A DNA stretch of 64,000 nt, taken from the IMG/VR virus record IMGVR_UViG_3300044701_003393; one strand, given 5' to 3'. The stretch is from an uncultured virus (IMG/VR IMGVR_UViG_3300044701_003393) (Duplodnaviria > Heunggongvirae > Uroviricota > Caudoviricetes). The notes below the pieces were generated by a model that was not told where the DNA came from, made no database searches, and saw only the letters and a list, made by a program, of their open reading frames with translations. A program made the position numbers and the translations under genes. Numbering within the stretch: the first letter of the stretch is position 1; each line of letters begins with the position of its first letter. Positions 17,713 through 28,908 of the stretch are shown one piece after another.

Positions 17713-18578
17713 TTTTGTATTCTCTCCTCTGGAATTGGTTCAATGATCCAAGATTCTGGAATTAAATCTTTAAGATTATTAAATGAAAGATTTTTACCAA
17801 ACCAAGGAGTTTGAGTAATAACTTTTTTGTTTGAATTTTTTTGCAACCAAGCACCCCACCAAGATAGAGAGCTATTTGCAATAATGGCATTACTACACAT
17901 AGACATTAAACATAGATCATAAAATGGAACTAATGATCTTTCCATTTGTCCTGCACCATTTAAAGTTTGATGAGGATAATAAACCCTCGTTTCAGATAGA
18001 TAAAATCTATCACTTTGAAATAGTTTTTGTTCCTTTACCCAGTCAAGATCATCAGAACAAATTAAAACTGGTTGATTGTCCGTGAAATATTTTTCAAAAA
18101 GATATTCATAATGTTCTATTGTTGGCATTGGATACCAATTTGGACGACCAGTATTATCTCCCCTACGAATGTGAAGTAAGGTAATATCTCCCTTAAACTG
18201 ACTCATAAACTCAGCACAAGGTTCATAGATATCATCTTTAAATTGATAGTCTTCACGAATAGACTCTTCAATATGTTTGAAATATTTTTCACTTTGACGA
18301 TATCCATCAATATTTACATTATCAGGACAATCGTTAAATAGTTTTTCATCAAATTCAAATCCAGGTTCATCATAAGTTGGACCATTAACTAGACCTGTAT
18401 GTTTTAAATTAGTAAGTTTAAATGCTTCAAAAAGACCATAATTTGCATATGTAGGAGTATCCTCTGGAGGAATGCACCATTCCAAGTTATTGTTTGATGC
18501 AATTCCTCTCAGAGCAGCATATTGAAACATTTGGTTTCCCAAACGTCCATTTGTTCCAAGACGATTATATCCAATCAC
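17709..18578 (-). CDS. GT11 fucosyltransferase-like, second paralog
   Basis: GRLGNQMFQYA, HIRRGD, IIANSSLSWW. Confidence 0.9.
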   Translation of the reverse strand: MIGYNRLGTNGRLGNQMFQYAALRGIASNNNLEWCIPPEDTPTYANYGLFEAFKLTNLKHTGLVNGPTYDEPGFEFDEKLFNDCPDNVNIDGYRQSEKYFKHIEESIREDYQFKDDIYEPCAEFMSQFKGDITLLHIRRGDNTGRPNWYPMPTIEHYEYLFEKYFTDNQPVLICSDDLDWVKEQKLFQSDRFYLSETRVYYPHQTLNGAGQMERSLVPFYDLCLMSMCSNAIIANSSLSWWGAWLQKNSNKKVITQTPWFGKNLSFNNLKDLIPESWIIEPIPEERIQK

Positions 18579-18600
18579 AGTTTACTCTCTACTATTAATA

Positions 18601-19686
18601 TCAGAAGTTAGGAAGTGGTTCCCAATTAGCAAGTCTTTCCTTTTTTTCAATCTGGTATGAAATCCAATCATAAGTCTTGGCAATACCTTCCTCAAGAGAC
18701 ATTCCATAATCCCATTGAAGTTTTTCACGAATCAGATCATTATTTGAATTGCGACCACGAACACCAAGAGGACCATCAATGTGCTTTTTGGTGATTGTCT
18801 TACCAGCAACTTTAGCGGCAATATCTGCTAGTTGATTAATCGTAACCATTTCCTCAGAACCAATGTTAATAGGTCCCAAGAAGTCAGACTCCATTAGACG
18901 ACGTGTTGCTTCCAGACACTCATCAATATACAAGAATGAACGAGTTTGTTCTCCATCGCCCCAAATCTCAACTTCACCGCCATCTTCTGCATATGCCACT
19001 TTACGACACATTGCAGCAGGAGACTTCTCTTTACCACCTTCCCAAGTGCTCTCAGGACCATAGATGTTATGGAAACGTGCAATACGGCAAGGAATTTCGT
19101 GATTGCGATTAAATGCCAAGTACAGTCGCTCAGAGAATAGTTTTTCCCAACCATATTCAGAATCAGGTCCAGCAGGATAAGCATCCGATTCTTTTAGTCC
19201 AGGATTGTTTACATCCATTTGAGCGTACTCTGGATACATACATGCACTGCTACTGTAGAAAATCTTAGTCTTATTAACTTCCTTTCGAGTATTAAGATTC
19301 AGTTGAGCTTTTAGAATATTGAGGTTGATAGTAGCAGAATTATACATTACCTCAGAATCATTTTCTCCACTGAAAATATATCCAGCTCCACCCATATCAG
19401 CAGCATACTGATAGATCTCATCAAAAGAATCCACATATTTTTCCGGAACCAAATTGTGGAAATTACCAGACTCACCTTTATATTCAATAATTCTGGTAAC
19501 AAAATCAAAATCAGTCAGATCTCCAACAATAAATTCGTTTGCTTGTGTTTTAGAATACTCAGGATACTTAATATCAACACCACGAACCCAGTATCCTTCC
19601 GAACGAAGTCTTTTAACCATATGACTTCCAATAAATCCACCAGCACCGCAAACAAGAGCAGTTTTTTTATATTGACCCATTTTCAT
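18601..19686 (-). CDS. NAD-dependent epimerase (GDP-mannose 3',5'-epimerase-like)
   Basis: GAGGFIG, AADMGGAG, YSSSACMYP, YGWEK, GVRGRNS. Confidence 0.88.
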   Translation of the reverse strand: MKMGQYKKTALVCGAGGFIGSHMVKRLRSEGYWVRGVDIKYPEYSKTQANEFIVGDLTDFDFVTRIIEYKGESGNFHNLVPEKYVDSFDEIYQYAADMGGAGYIFSGENDSEVMYNSATINLNILKAQLNLNTRKEVNKTKIFYSSSACMYPEYAQMDVNNPGLKESDAYPAGPDSEYGWEKLFSERLYLAFNRNHEIPCRIARFHNIYGPESTWEGGKEKSPAAMCRKVAYAEDGGEVEIWGDGEQTRSFLYIDECLEATRRLMESDFLGPINIGSEEMVTINQLADIAAKVAGKTITKKHIDGPLGVRGRNSNNDLIREKLQWDYGMSLEEGIAKTYDWISYQIEKKERLANWEPLPNF

Positions 19687-19743
19687 AAAAAATAAAACCT
19701 CTATGTATAGTAATATGTAAAAGCAAAAATGTCAAGAAAACAT

Positions 19744-20706
19744 TTAAATTATATTTATTTTTTCCTCAATGATGTCCATAACGTATTGTGTATCATTACA
19801 AAATCTTTCAAATTCACTGCAAAGAAAATAATCACATTCAACATCCAGATTATGTGCAAGAGAATCAGTGGGATTATTATTAAATGAAATTATATGTTTA
19901 TTCTTATTCATAAAGTTATCCTTTGTGGCACAAAAACAAAAAGGACCAGATTGCTTTCCGATTATAAGATCACAAAAATTACTCAAATAAGAAATTTCAT
20001 TCAAATCACAAATACCATTTGTTCTATCATTCCAAGGGATGTTAAGGCGAATAGGAATATCATATTTGACGGTAATGTCGTCAGTAAACAATATATTTTT
20101 AATTTCACTATCAAATTTCTTAGTACAAATAAAATCATACTCAGGATACTTTTCGGCAAAATACAAAATAATATCTTTCATATCACCAGGAATTGACTGT
20201 CCTGACATTGGAAATCCATTACAAAATAATATTTTCTTGGTGTTTCCTCTTTCTTCCAAAAACTTTTTATGATTTTCTAAATTAAAACATTCAAAGTTAA
20301 TTTCAGGAACATAATTAGACTTTTCCTTTAACTTCAAAGAAGTCCCAAAAGTATCATTAATTTTCTGAAAAATAAACTCCCATTCCAGACAAAGAAGATC
20401 CAAACTTATTCCAATACCATCAACTTGAAAATATGGAGGTTCAAAAGAACAAGCTGGAGAATAAGCTCCACTCCAAGTATTAATATTGAGAGTATTCTCT
20501 TCTTCTACAAATTTATGTACGTTGTGTTCTAACTTATATTGACCCAAACAAGGAATATTCAAATCCAATAAAACCTTTGGATGATTTTCGTGATAATATC
20601 CAAAATTGAATCCAGTTAATTCTGTTGTTATTTGTCTGACAAATTCTTTACTAGAAAATAAATCACCGCAGTGAAATCCATTAAAAAAGTTTATAGTTTT
20701 GTTCAT
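19744..20706 (-). CDS. Hypothetical protein, possibly glycosyltransferase-like
   Basis: 320-aa AT-rich ORF in the glycan island. Confidence 0.7.
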   Translation of the reverse strand: MNKTINFFNGFHCGDLFSSKEFVRQITTELTGFNFGYYHENHPKVLLDLNIPCLGQYKLEHNVHKFVEEENTLNINTWSGAYSPACSFEPPYFQVDGIGISLDLLCLEWEFIFQKINDTFGTSLKLKEKSNYVPEINFECFNLENHKKFLEERGNTKKILFCNGFPMSGQSIPGDMKDIILYFAEKYPEYDFICTKKFDSEIKNILFTDDITVKYDIPIRLNIPWNDRTNGICDLNEISYLSNFCDLIIGKQSGPFCFCATKDNFMNKNKHIISFNNNPTDSLAHNLDVECDYFLCSEFERFCNDTQYVMDIIEEKINII

Positions 20707-20731
20707 GATTAATTTAGTTCAGATTTATATA

Positions 20732-21898
20732 TTATACATCCATTATTGAAATTAATTTATCAATTCTTTCTTTGTTTACGAACTGACTATTACCAACATA
20801 CACACCGTTTTGGTGAAGAGTAAGGACATTGGGAGTTTCTTTTTTGGTACAAAGTTTATAATTTTTAAATGCAGGATGTAGAAGAATATTTCCACTAATG
20901 ATAGGGCGATATTCTATGCCACTCATTTTTAATTTTTCTTTCACCAAGGAAATAGAAGAACTTTCTTTGGTGATAATAGGAAAACAAAAACTACTATTTC
21001 CCCTTTGGTATTCTGGGATAAAATAGGACTCGGATTTAAAAATTTTTTCCCACCAATACTTAAAATTTTCTTTGCGAATCTGGATGTTTTTATCCAACTT
21101 TTTCAACTGAGACAATCCAAGAACAGCACAAACCTCATGATTTCTAAGATTAAACCCTTCTGTCATAAACAAAAAGGTTGGATCAATATCTGGATTTTCT
21201 TCGGAATACTTTTTAAACATATGAGGAGATGCTTCCCTTGCCATACCATGACTACGCTTCATTCTCATCAACTCATAAAGTTCGGTATTATTCGTACAAA
21301 CAACACCACCTTCGATTGTTGTAATATGATGTCCGAAATAAAAACTAAAAGTCGATCCTACAGAATTTATTCCACGTTTATTTCCATCAGGCCCTCGTAC
21401 ACCATGTGATTCGCATATATCTTCCATAACCAATACGTTTGGAAAAATTTCACGAACCTTTTCCACATTAGAAGAAAGTCCAATCAAATGTGTGATGAAG
21501 ACTGCTTTAATATCCGGATGTTCGGATGCAATATACTTTAATTCATCAATATCAAAAGAAAAATTTCTAAGATTAATATCACAAAAAATAGGTTGAAGAT
21601 TTGCTTGAATTACAGGAGCAATATTAGTCATCCAAGTACAAGATGGAACAAGAACTTTATCCCCATCCTTTAATCCATAATATTCCTTTACGGCAGAAAC
21701 AAGCAAAGTATTTGCGGTGCTGCCGCTAGAAACATATAAAGAATGTTTAACACCTAACCACTCAGACCACTTATTTTCAAATTCACGAACTTTTGGTCCA
21801 TTAGTAAGTTTGTCACTAGTGAGAAGAAACAATGCCATCTTAAAACGATCAGAAAACGTAATCGTGTTTTCCATCAGTGGCCAAGTTGATTTAGACAT
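20732..21898 (-). CDS. DegT/DnrJ-family PLP enzyme, His-type; probable ColD-like 3-dehydratase
   Basis: SSGSTAN, EDICESHG, SFYFGHHITTIEGG with His at the usual Lys position. Confidence 0.8.
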   Translation of the reverse strand: MSKSTWPLMENTITFSDRFKMALFLLTSDKLTNGPKVREFENKWSEWLGVKHSLYVSSGSTANTLLVSAVKEYYGLKDGDKVLVPSCTWMTNIAPVIQANLQPIFCDINLRNFSFDIDELKYIASEHPDIKAVFITHLIGLSSNVEKVREIFPNVLVMEDICESHGVRGPDGNKRGINSVGSTFSFYFGHHITTIEGGVVCTNNTELYELMRMKRSHGMAREASPHMFKKYSEENPDIDPTFLFMTEGFNLRNHEVCAVLGLSQLKKLDKNIQIRKENFKYWWEKIFKSESYFIPEYQRGNSSFCFPIITKESSSISLVKEKLKMSGIEYRPIISGNILLHPAFKNYKLCTKKETPNVLTLHQNGVYVGNSQFVNKERIDKLISIMDV

Positions 21899-22817
21899 AA
21901 TTCTGATTTAAATGATTAACAATTTTTACAATACCTCCTCTTAAGGAAGTTTTTGGTTTCCACCCTAGAGAGTTCAATTTACTAACATCCAAAACTCTTC
22001 TTGGTGCTCCGTTTGGTTTTGATGTATCCCATACTATTTTACCACTATATTCAATAATATTGCAAATCTCATCTACTAACTCCACAATACTAGTTTCAAT
22101 ACCAGTTCCAATATTAATAAACGAATCTGTTTTTTGAGTCATTAAAAATATTGCAGCATCAGCGAGATCATCAGAATACAAAAACTCTCTTTTTGGAGAT
22201 CCGTCACCAAAACATTCAACTTGAGGAACGTTATCTTTTTTTGCTTTCCAAATTCTATAGACCAAACTTGACATTACGTGTGCGTTTGGAGAATCGACTT
22301 TATTTTCTATTCCATATATGTTGCAAGGATTCACAGAAATAAAGTCAGATCCATATTGTTTTTGATATGCCTCACAAAGTTTAATTCCAGATACTTTAGC
22401 AATTGAATAAAACTCGTGAGTTTTTTGAAAGTTACCCATCATTAGATTTTCTTCCTTTATGGGCATAGGACTTTCTTTAGGATAAACGCAGGAAGAAGCA
22501 AAAAACATTAACTTCTTAACATCATACTTATGAGAAGATGAAATTACATTATTTTGAATGTTTAGATTATCCAACAAATAATTCACCGGATTGTTAATAT
22601 TATCCAGTATTCCACCGCACTTTGCTGCAGTTAAAAAAACATACTCAGGTCTTACAGATTCAATAAAATCATCAGTTGCTTGTTGATTTGTAAAATCTAC
22701 AAGATGACGGGTGCCTTTCATAATATTTGTGTAACCTTTACTTTCAAGATTTCGAACAATTGCAGAACCAACCATTCCGTTGGCACCAGCAACTAAGATT
22801 CTAGAATCACTTTTCAT
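21891..22817 (-). CDS. fcl: GDP-L-fucose synthase / ColC-like epimerase-reductase
   Basis: [26 protein letters not shown]; likely start ATG 22817. Confidence 0.88.
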   Translation of the reverse strand: MKSDSRILVAGANGMVGSAIVRNLESKGYTNIMKGTRHLVDFTNQQATDDFIESVRPEYVFLTAAKCGGILDNINNPVNYLLDNLNIQNNVISSSHKYDVKKLMFFASSCVYPKESPMPIKEENLMMGNFQKTHEFYSIAKVSGIKLCEAYQKQYGSDFISVNPCNIYGIENKVDSPNAHVMSSLVYRIWKAKKDNVPQVECFGDGSPKREFLYSDDLADAAIFLMTQKTDSFINIGTGIETSIVELVDEICNIIEYSGKIVWDTSKPNGAPRRVLDVSKLNSLGWKPKTSLRGGIVKIVNHLNQNYV

Positions 22818-23811
22818 TGAGACACATATCCTTAACAAGTTCTTTGAAAGAAATTCTTGGTTTCCAACCCAACTTTTCTTTAGCTTTGGAAGCATCGCCT
22901 AGCAAAGTATCAACCTCAGCAGGTCTAAAATATTTTTCATCAACAATAACTCTTACTAGTCCAGAATTTTTATCAACGCCAATTTCTGTCCCAACATCAG
23001 TAAATTGCCATTCAATATTCATATCAAAATAAGGTGCCGCTTCTTCAACAAACTCACGAACAGAATATTGTTCTCCAGTTGCAATCACATAATCCTCAGG
23101 TTCATCTTGCTGGAGCATTAACCACATTGCTTCTACAAAGTCCTTAGCGTGTCCCCAGTCACGTTTTGCGTTCAGGTTGCCAAGTTTAAGAACGGTTTGC
23201 CTACCCTCAGACATTGCCTTGAGACCTCGGGTAATTTTACGTGTTACAAATGTCTCTCCTCTTCTTGGAGATTCATGGTTGAAGAGAATTCCAGAGCAGG
23301 CATATATTCCATATGCTTCTCGATAATTTTTGGTAGTCCAATATGCATAAAGTTTGGCACAACCATAAGGTGAACGAGGATAAAATGGAGTAGTCTCTTT
23401 CTGAGGAATCTCTTGAACTTTACCAAACATTTCTGAAGTAGATGCTTGATAGATTCTTGTTTTCTTTTCCATTCCTAGAAGACGAACTGCTTCAAGAATG
23501 CGGAGAGTTCCAAGACCATCAACCATACCAGTATATTCAGGAGTTTCAAAAGAAACTTTTACATGACTCTGAGCGCCAAGATTATAAATCTCATCTGGTT
23601 GAACATCCTGAATCACTCTAATAATATTGGTAGAATCATTTAGATCACCGTAGTGTAATGTAATTTTATTAAAAATATGATCAATTCTATCCGTGTTAAT
23701 AGATGATGAACGTCTAATAATACCATGAACTTGGTATCCATTTGATAAAAGAAATTCCGCAAGATATGAACCATCTTGACCCGTAATTCCTGTAATAAGT
23801 GCAACTTTCAT
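22807..23811 (-). CDS. gmd: GDP-mannose 4,6-dehydratase
   Basis: [37 protein letters not shown]. Confidence 0.97.
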   Translation of the reverse strand: MKVALITGITGQDGSYLAEFLLSNGYQVHGIIRRSSSINTDRIDHIFNKITLHYGDLNDSTNIIRVIQDVQPDEIYNLGAQSHVKVSFETPEYTGMVDGLGTLRILEAVRLLGMEKKTRIYQASTSEMFGKVQEIPQKETTPFYPRSPYGCAKLYAYWTTKNYREAYGIYACSGILFNHESPRRGETFVTRKITRGLKAMSEGRQTVLKLGNLNAKRDWGHAKDFVEAMWLMLQQDEPEDYVIATGEQYSVREFVEEAAPYFDMNIEWQFTDVGTEIGVDKNSGLVRVIVDEKYFRPAEVDTLLGDASKAKEKLGWKPRISFKELVKDMCLNEK

Positions 23812-23820
23812 AAACTTAAC

Positions 23821-24915
23821 CTATGAGATAGTTTCTTCGCTTAAAAATTCCAACACGTCATCAAGTTTATCACATCTCATATCGTAGAAAAATTGTTTTC
23901 TATTTCTTATCTTTTGCATTTTTTCAAAGAAATGCACTTTTTGACATATAAAATCACTGTTGGTAACAACAATCTGATTAGTATCGCAATAATATAATGC
24001 CAAATCCTGAGGACCTGTGCCACTACTAATAAAGTTATTAGACTTATTTGCTACTGTCATCAGAAGTCTGACATCAAGAAAATTAGTCATTGTCACATAA
24101 TGAATGTACTCACTTTCAACATGAGGAAATTCAACCAGATCATCAATGACAACTAAATTTATCTTGTTATCAATATGATACTTGACAATTTTACTATAAA
24201 GTTCAAATCCAACAAATCCAAAGTCAGCAGAACTTTCACTTTCAACTAAAAGATCTTCAATATTCGTTGAAGAATGTCTTCTAGTTTTCCAAGAATTTTT
24301 TACAAAAAAGCAATTGTAATTTTCAATATTAAGTTCTTCGCCCTTTATAAAATCAGAATCCCATAAGTCTAAATCCCAATTTGCCGTTCCCGTTCTGTTC
24401 CATTCTGTGTCTGGAGTATACCAAACACCATCTTCACCTTCAGCATACTTATATCCAGGACCAATAGGCCATCCCAAACTCCAATGCAGTTCCTTTCCTA
24501 TTGGATACAAAACATTTTTAAATACATACCCATCAAACATAGAAACATAGGCATCTTCATCAAAATTACGAATAGTATGCCAGAAAGCAATTCCTCTATC
24601 AGATATGTTTTTAAAATTATTTAAAAGTAATTCTGTTTCTTTATTGTCTTTATATGCCTTCGTAGTATCAATAAAACCATCGAGAGTAACTAAAATATCT
24701 ACGTGTTTTTCATAAAATATTTCATGACCCGGAAAACAAAATCCGATTTTTGGTCCCGTAGATTTAAAATAATCAATAAACATTTCATTGAACATCAATG
24801 CAAGAAAACCATATTCAGTCCAAATGTAGTTTACTAATGAATATTCTTCAGTATTAATCGAATTAAGAATCGGTTTTATCTGATCAATAGAACTAATTTT
24901 TATATACTTAGTCAT
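23821..24915 (-). CDS. Hypothetical protein
   Basis: 364-aa ORF, ATGA-coupled. Confidence 0.75.
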   Translation of the reverse strand: MTKYIKISSIDQIKPILNSINTEEYSLVNYIWTEYGFLALMFNEMFIDYFKSTGPKIGFCFPGHEIFYEKHVDILVTLDGFIDTTKAYKDNKETELLLNNFKNISDRGIAFWHTIRNFDEDAYVSMFDGYVFKNVLYPIGKELHWSLGWPIGPGYKYAEGEDGVWYTPDTEWNRTGTANWDLDLWDSDFIKGEELNIENYNCFFVKNSWKTRRHSSTNIEDLLVESESSADFGFVGFELYSKIVKYHIDNKINLVVIDDLVEFPHVESEYIHYVTMTNFLDVRLLMTVANKSNNFISSGTGPQDLALYYCDTNQIVVTNSDFICQKVHFFEKMQKIRNRKQFFYDMRCDKLDDVLEFLSEETIS

Positions 24916-26084
24916 AAATTTATAATAAAAATTGATTCGGTAACGTATTTTTTATCATCAACAAATTTAACTTTTTCCCCATACGTATCAAGTAAGTAAT
25001 CACAGACTTGAGGAGTAACTCTACTATCATTAAGAATGTAAACGGTATGTCCTCGATCTAGTAAATCAATACATAAACGATATTGCTGACTTTCGGTAAG
25101 AATATCAGTTCCTTTCTTATAAGTGATATATTCAAAATAGAAAGGTTTTCTATCAGAATTCATTTTTTCATAATAATCACAAATAAATCCTGCGTGTTGA
25201 TTATTAATTTCATCAGTTACTGATCCTAAATTATACTCCAGTCCAACCTTTTTAGCAAATGCAGCAAAGGATCTATTATCCCTTGGAAGACAAGGACCAC
25301 CATAACCAAATCCATATCCAAGATACTTTCTGCCAATTCTACTATCAGTTCCTACAGCACTCAGAACAGCAGAAACTTCATCCCCACAACCAGAATGATG
25401 AAGAACATCACCAAGCATATTTGCGTAACTAATTTTAGTCGTCAGGAAACAGTTAATTGCAATCTTAGTTATTTCTGCTGCGGTTGTTGACATCGTACAT
25501 ACGATTGCACGAGTAGTCTGGATTTTATCGTATAACTTTTTAATTTCAGATACAATTCTGTCATTATCTTCAAAAGGATTTGTCCCCAAAAGAACCATAT
25601 CAGCGGTACGAAGATCGTTAATAATAGATCCTTGTGCGATAAATTCTGGATTGTAGAAGACACTTACACAGGAAGGAAGTTGCTTTTTAAAGTTTTCACA
25701 GTCACCAGGATTAGTAGTACATCCAACAACAAAATATTTTTTCTTTGGATTTACTTCGATTTCTTCTTTAATATCTTCTACTACACTCCAAATAGCAGAA
25801 ACATCATAAGAACCATCCTCAAGTGAAGGAGTTGCGACAAGTGTGTAAATTAAATCACACTCACGAATTACTTCTTTATTATCTGTAGTCGCTCTAAAGT
25901 TTTTAGCAACACGAAGAAGGTTTTCTACTTCTGGTTCATTTGTAATAATCTTGCGGTCATTTAGACCATTAACATAATCTTCCCTAATATCAGAAACTAA
26001 AACATCATATCCTGCTGCTTCACATAGAAGAGCAAAACAAATTCCAAGTCTCCCAGCTCCAATTACTCCAATCTTCATACTCAT
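24912..26084 (-). CDS. UDP-glucose/GDP-mannose 6-dehydrogenase family
   Basis: GAGRLG, NPEFIAQG, GYGGPCLPRD. Confidence 0.9.
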   Translation of the reverse strand: MSMKIGVIGAGRLGICFALLCEAAGYDVLVSDIREDYVNGLNDRKIITNEPEVENLLRVAKNFRATTDNKEVIRECDLIYTLVATPSLEDGSYDVSAIWSVVEDIKEEIEVNPKKKYFVVGCTTNPGDCENFKKQLPSCVSVFYNPEFIAQGSIINDLRTADMVLLGTNPFEDNDRIVSEIKKLYDKIQTTRAIVCTMSTTAAEITKIAINCFLTTKISYANMLGDVLHHSGCGDEVSAVLSAVGTDSRIGRKYLGYGFGYGGPCLPRDNRSFAAFAKKVGLEYNLGSVTDEINNQHAGFICDYYEKMNSDRKPFYFEYITYKKGTDILTESQQYRLCIDLLDRGHTVYILNDSRVTPQVCDYLLDTYGEKVKFVDDKKYVTESIFIINL

Positions 26085-26863
26085 TCTCCTTTAAGTTTCG
26101 CTGTAATTAATAAATGCCACCCCAATTTTTTTTCTAAAATTTCAAACATTTCATCAGGCATAACTTCAAACCAAGGTTGTTTTATATATTTTCCTTCCTT
26201 GTATGGTTCAATTTGATAAGGAAAAATATGATCTCTTTCTATAGAAATTACATCAAAATCTTCTGAAAGTAAATCATAAATTTCTTCTTCAGTATATGTA
26301 TAAGCAATAGGACATCCATATTGTGCTTCTGGTTGATCGAGTCCAATACTAATCATATAATTCTTCCAGGACTCGGATGCATACATCATCAACTTAAATA
26401 CACCATCCTTACTCATATACTTACTAACTTCTTTGATTACTTTTTCAGGATGTGGAGTATGGTGGATTACTCCCCAAGAATAAACCAAATGATACTTTTC
26501 TTCCGGAAGAAAGTCAGAAAGATTTTCTGCATTTCCTTGATAGAACTCACCACGTTGATTGTAAACTTCAAATCTTCTTTGTGCCAATGCAAGACTTTCT
26601 TCGGAAAGTTCTACTCCAGTGTAATCTGCACCATACCTAGCAAAATTAATTCCTGCGGTAGCCAAACCACATCCAATTTCCAAAACCTTCTTACCATTCC
26701 ATTCATTAAACTTGGAAAAAGATTTAATATGAGGTTCAACAAAAAATTTTTTATTTTCCACCTCATCAAAATATTCTTTAGTTCCAACTTCTTTTTTAGA
26801 ATGCCTAACATTACAAGGTCTATTGTCCCAGAAGGACTTAACTTCATTAATTGTAGGTTTCAT
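26081..26863 (-). CDS. Class I SAM-dependent methyltransferase
   Basis: VLEIGCGL; VYSWGVIHH. Confidence 0.88.
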   Translation of the reverse strand: MKPTINEVKSFWDNRPCNVRHSKKEVGTKEYFDEVENKKFFVEPHIKSFSKFNEWNGKKVLEIGCGLATAGINFARYGADYTGVELSEESLALAQRRFEVYNQRGEFYQGNAENLSDFLPEEKYHLVYSWGVIHHTPHPEKVIKEVSKYMSKDGVFKLMMYASESWKNYMISIGLDQPEAQYGCPIAYTYTEEEIYDLLSEDFDVISIERDHIFPYQIEPYKEGKYIKQPWFEVMPDEMFEILEKKLGWHLLITAKLKGE

Positions 26864-27783
26864 ATAATTTCAGTATAATCGTAGTTTGCTTTTAATGAAT
26901 TAGGCACAAAAGGTCCATTTGTAAAATTATCTCTAACTATCTTTTGATTGCTATTTAAAAGAGATGCTATCCAAGAAAATGAACTATTAGACATTATGAA
27001 TAAATCAGAATTTGACATATGATAGAGATCACTTATGGGATGATCGTCAATATGAAGTTGAATATTAAAATCGTGAGTTTTAAATTCTAAAAATTCTTCA
27101 AAATTTGTCGTAAATCCTTGAGAATGAATGTGAAGAGTTGTTTTTTGATTTTCAGTATTTTTCTTTAAAAAATCAATGAGATTTTTATATCTAAAAAATT
27201 CACGTTCCCTAACATAATATTCTCTCAACGGAGAAGCAATCTCTGAAGGAATATCATTTGGATTTGATGTTCTAAGATGCAAACAAATATTTACACCATC
27301 ATCAAAATACTTTTCTCCATCAAAAGATAGTTTTTCTCTAATTCGATCAATTCTATCTTTAGTAAATATGTCGTCAAGTTTTTGGTGACATATATTTGAT
27401 ATTTGCCTATGACAATTAGAAAGATTGATTAATATTTTCCTATCACTATTTTTGTGATTCTCGATCAAAGAAAATAATTCATAATTAATATCTGTAATAT
27501 TATAAACTTCGTCCCAACTATTCTTTAAATTTGGAAAATTAAAAAAGGAATCAATCAAATTCATATATTCATTTTCAGAATATCCACTGTAAGAATGATG
27601 AGCAAAATTTGCAGAACCAGGATAAGTAAAATCTACCCCGATGAGGTCTGTAAAAAACCTCAGGAGTAGATGATATTGCATCATGGAACCTATTCCTTCT
27701 GTTCCAAATCCGTCAATCAATGGAATAGTTTTTTTCCAACTATCATCGGAAATTTTATTACTTAAAGTAAGACAAACACTCAT
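26860..27783 (-). CDS. Hypothetical fucosyltransferase-fold-like protein
   Basis: EGIGS..., LHLR, MSNSSFSW. Confidence 0.6.
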   Translation of the reverse strand: MSVCLTLSNKISDDSWKKTIPLIDGFGTEGIGSMMQYHLLLRFFTDLIGVDFTYPGSANFAHHSYSGYSENEYMNLIDSFFNFPNLKNSWDEVYNITDINYELFSLIENHKNSDRKILINLSNCHRQISNICHQKLDDIFTKDRIDRIREKLSFDGEKYFDDGVNICLHLRTSNPNDIPSEIASPLREYYVREREFFRYKNLIDFLKKNTENQKTTLHIHSQGFTTNFEEFLEFKTHDFNIQLHIDDHPISDLYHMSNSDLFIMSNSSFSWIASLLNSNQKIVRDNFTNGPFVPNSLKANYDYTEII

Positions 27784-28520
27784 AGAGTAAAAGTAGGAAT
27801 AGGATTCATTTTATGACTGTTTATAGCATTGAATTTTTTAAGAACTTCTACAGCATCACCTGTACCAAGTTCCATTGCTTCCTCTAAAGCAGAATAAGAA
27901 GCACCGAGTTGATCTTCATCAGTTCTTCCATCATCCCAGAGACCATCAGTAGGAGAGGCATCAATAATGCGTTGATCTACACCAAAATGCCTACCAAGTT
28001 CCCAAACCTCAGTCTTATAGAGATCTGCGATAGGAGCAATATCAACTCCACCGTCACCATATTTAGTATAAAATCCTACACCATAATCCTCAACTTTGTT
28101 TCCTGTACCAACAACAATACCACCAACTGAAGTGGCAACTTGATACAATGTAACCATACGAATACGAGAACGTGTATTGGCAAGAGCATGAGTATCAGTA
28201 CCGAATTCTCTCATCGTGAACTTAAAGGTCTCAAACACTTTAGTGAGATCATACTTTTGAACGATGACATTACTAAAGTTTGCTTGCAACCATTCAAGAT
28301 GGGTATCAGAGAGTGATTCCTGTTCTTCCTTTTGAAGGATAGGCATTCCAAGAGCATAAACTGGAAGACCTGTTTTAGCAGCAAGAGTGGATGAAACGGC
28401 AGAATCAATCCCACCAGAAACACCAATTACAAATGCCTTAATATTAAATTTTTCGGCATATTCTTTTAACCAAGAAACAATGCGAGTTTCAAGATCAGAG
28501 TAATTTGTAATTCGATTCAT
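27780..28520 (-). CDS. nadE: NH3-dependent NAD+ synthetase
   Basis: GVSGGIDS, NTRSRIRM, GTGNKVE, TKYGDGG, TDEDQLG. Confidence 0.95.
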   Translation of the reverse strand: MNRITNYSDLETRIVSWLKEYAEKFNIKAFVIGVSGGIDSAVSSTLAAKTGLPVYALGMPILQKEEQESLSDTHLEWLQANFSNVIVQKYDLTKVFETFKFTMREFGTDTHALANTRSRIRMVTLYQVATSVGGIVVGTGNKVEDYGVGFYTKYGDGGVDIAPIADLYKTEVWELGRHFGVDQRIIDASPTDGLWDDGRTDEDQLGASYSALEEAMELGTGDAVEVLKKFNAINSHKMNPIPTFTL

Positions 28521-28565
28521 TTTTTTACTTAATACTTAATTGCAATTATAGTATGAAAAAATAAG

Positions 28566-28904
28566 TTATGCAACTCTACCGTAGTTATCTTCAATTCTTA
28601 CAATATCATTTTCATCACAAACACCACGTTGAACTTCGATAAAAGTTAATCCTTCCGGACCAGCAGTTGCTCTATGGATGTTTTTTGGTGGAATATGAAA
28701 CCTATCGCCAACAATACAATTTCTAACTTCAAAACCATCGTTAATTATACCACTACCTTGAACCACAATCCAATCTTCCCAACGATTATTATGGTACTGA
28801 AGAGAAAATGATTGATTTGGATTTACATATATTCGTTTTACCTTATAGGTCTCTTCATCACATAAGTTTTCAAAAATCCCCCAAGGTCTTTCTTCTACGT
28901 ACAT
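28566..28904 (-). CDS. Mannose-6-phosphate isomerase type II cupin domain
   Basis: ERPWG, SLQYH..R.E.W, IEVQRG, DIVRIEDNYGR. Confidence 0.88.
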   Translation of the reverse strand: MYVEERPWGIFENLCDEETYKVKRIYVNPNQSFSLQYHNNRWEDWIVVQGSGIINDGFEVRNCIVGDRFHIPPKNIHRATAGPEGLTFIEVQRGVCDENDIVRIEDNYGRVA

Positions 28905-28908
28905 AGTT

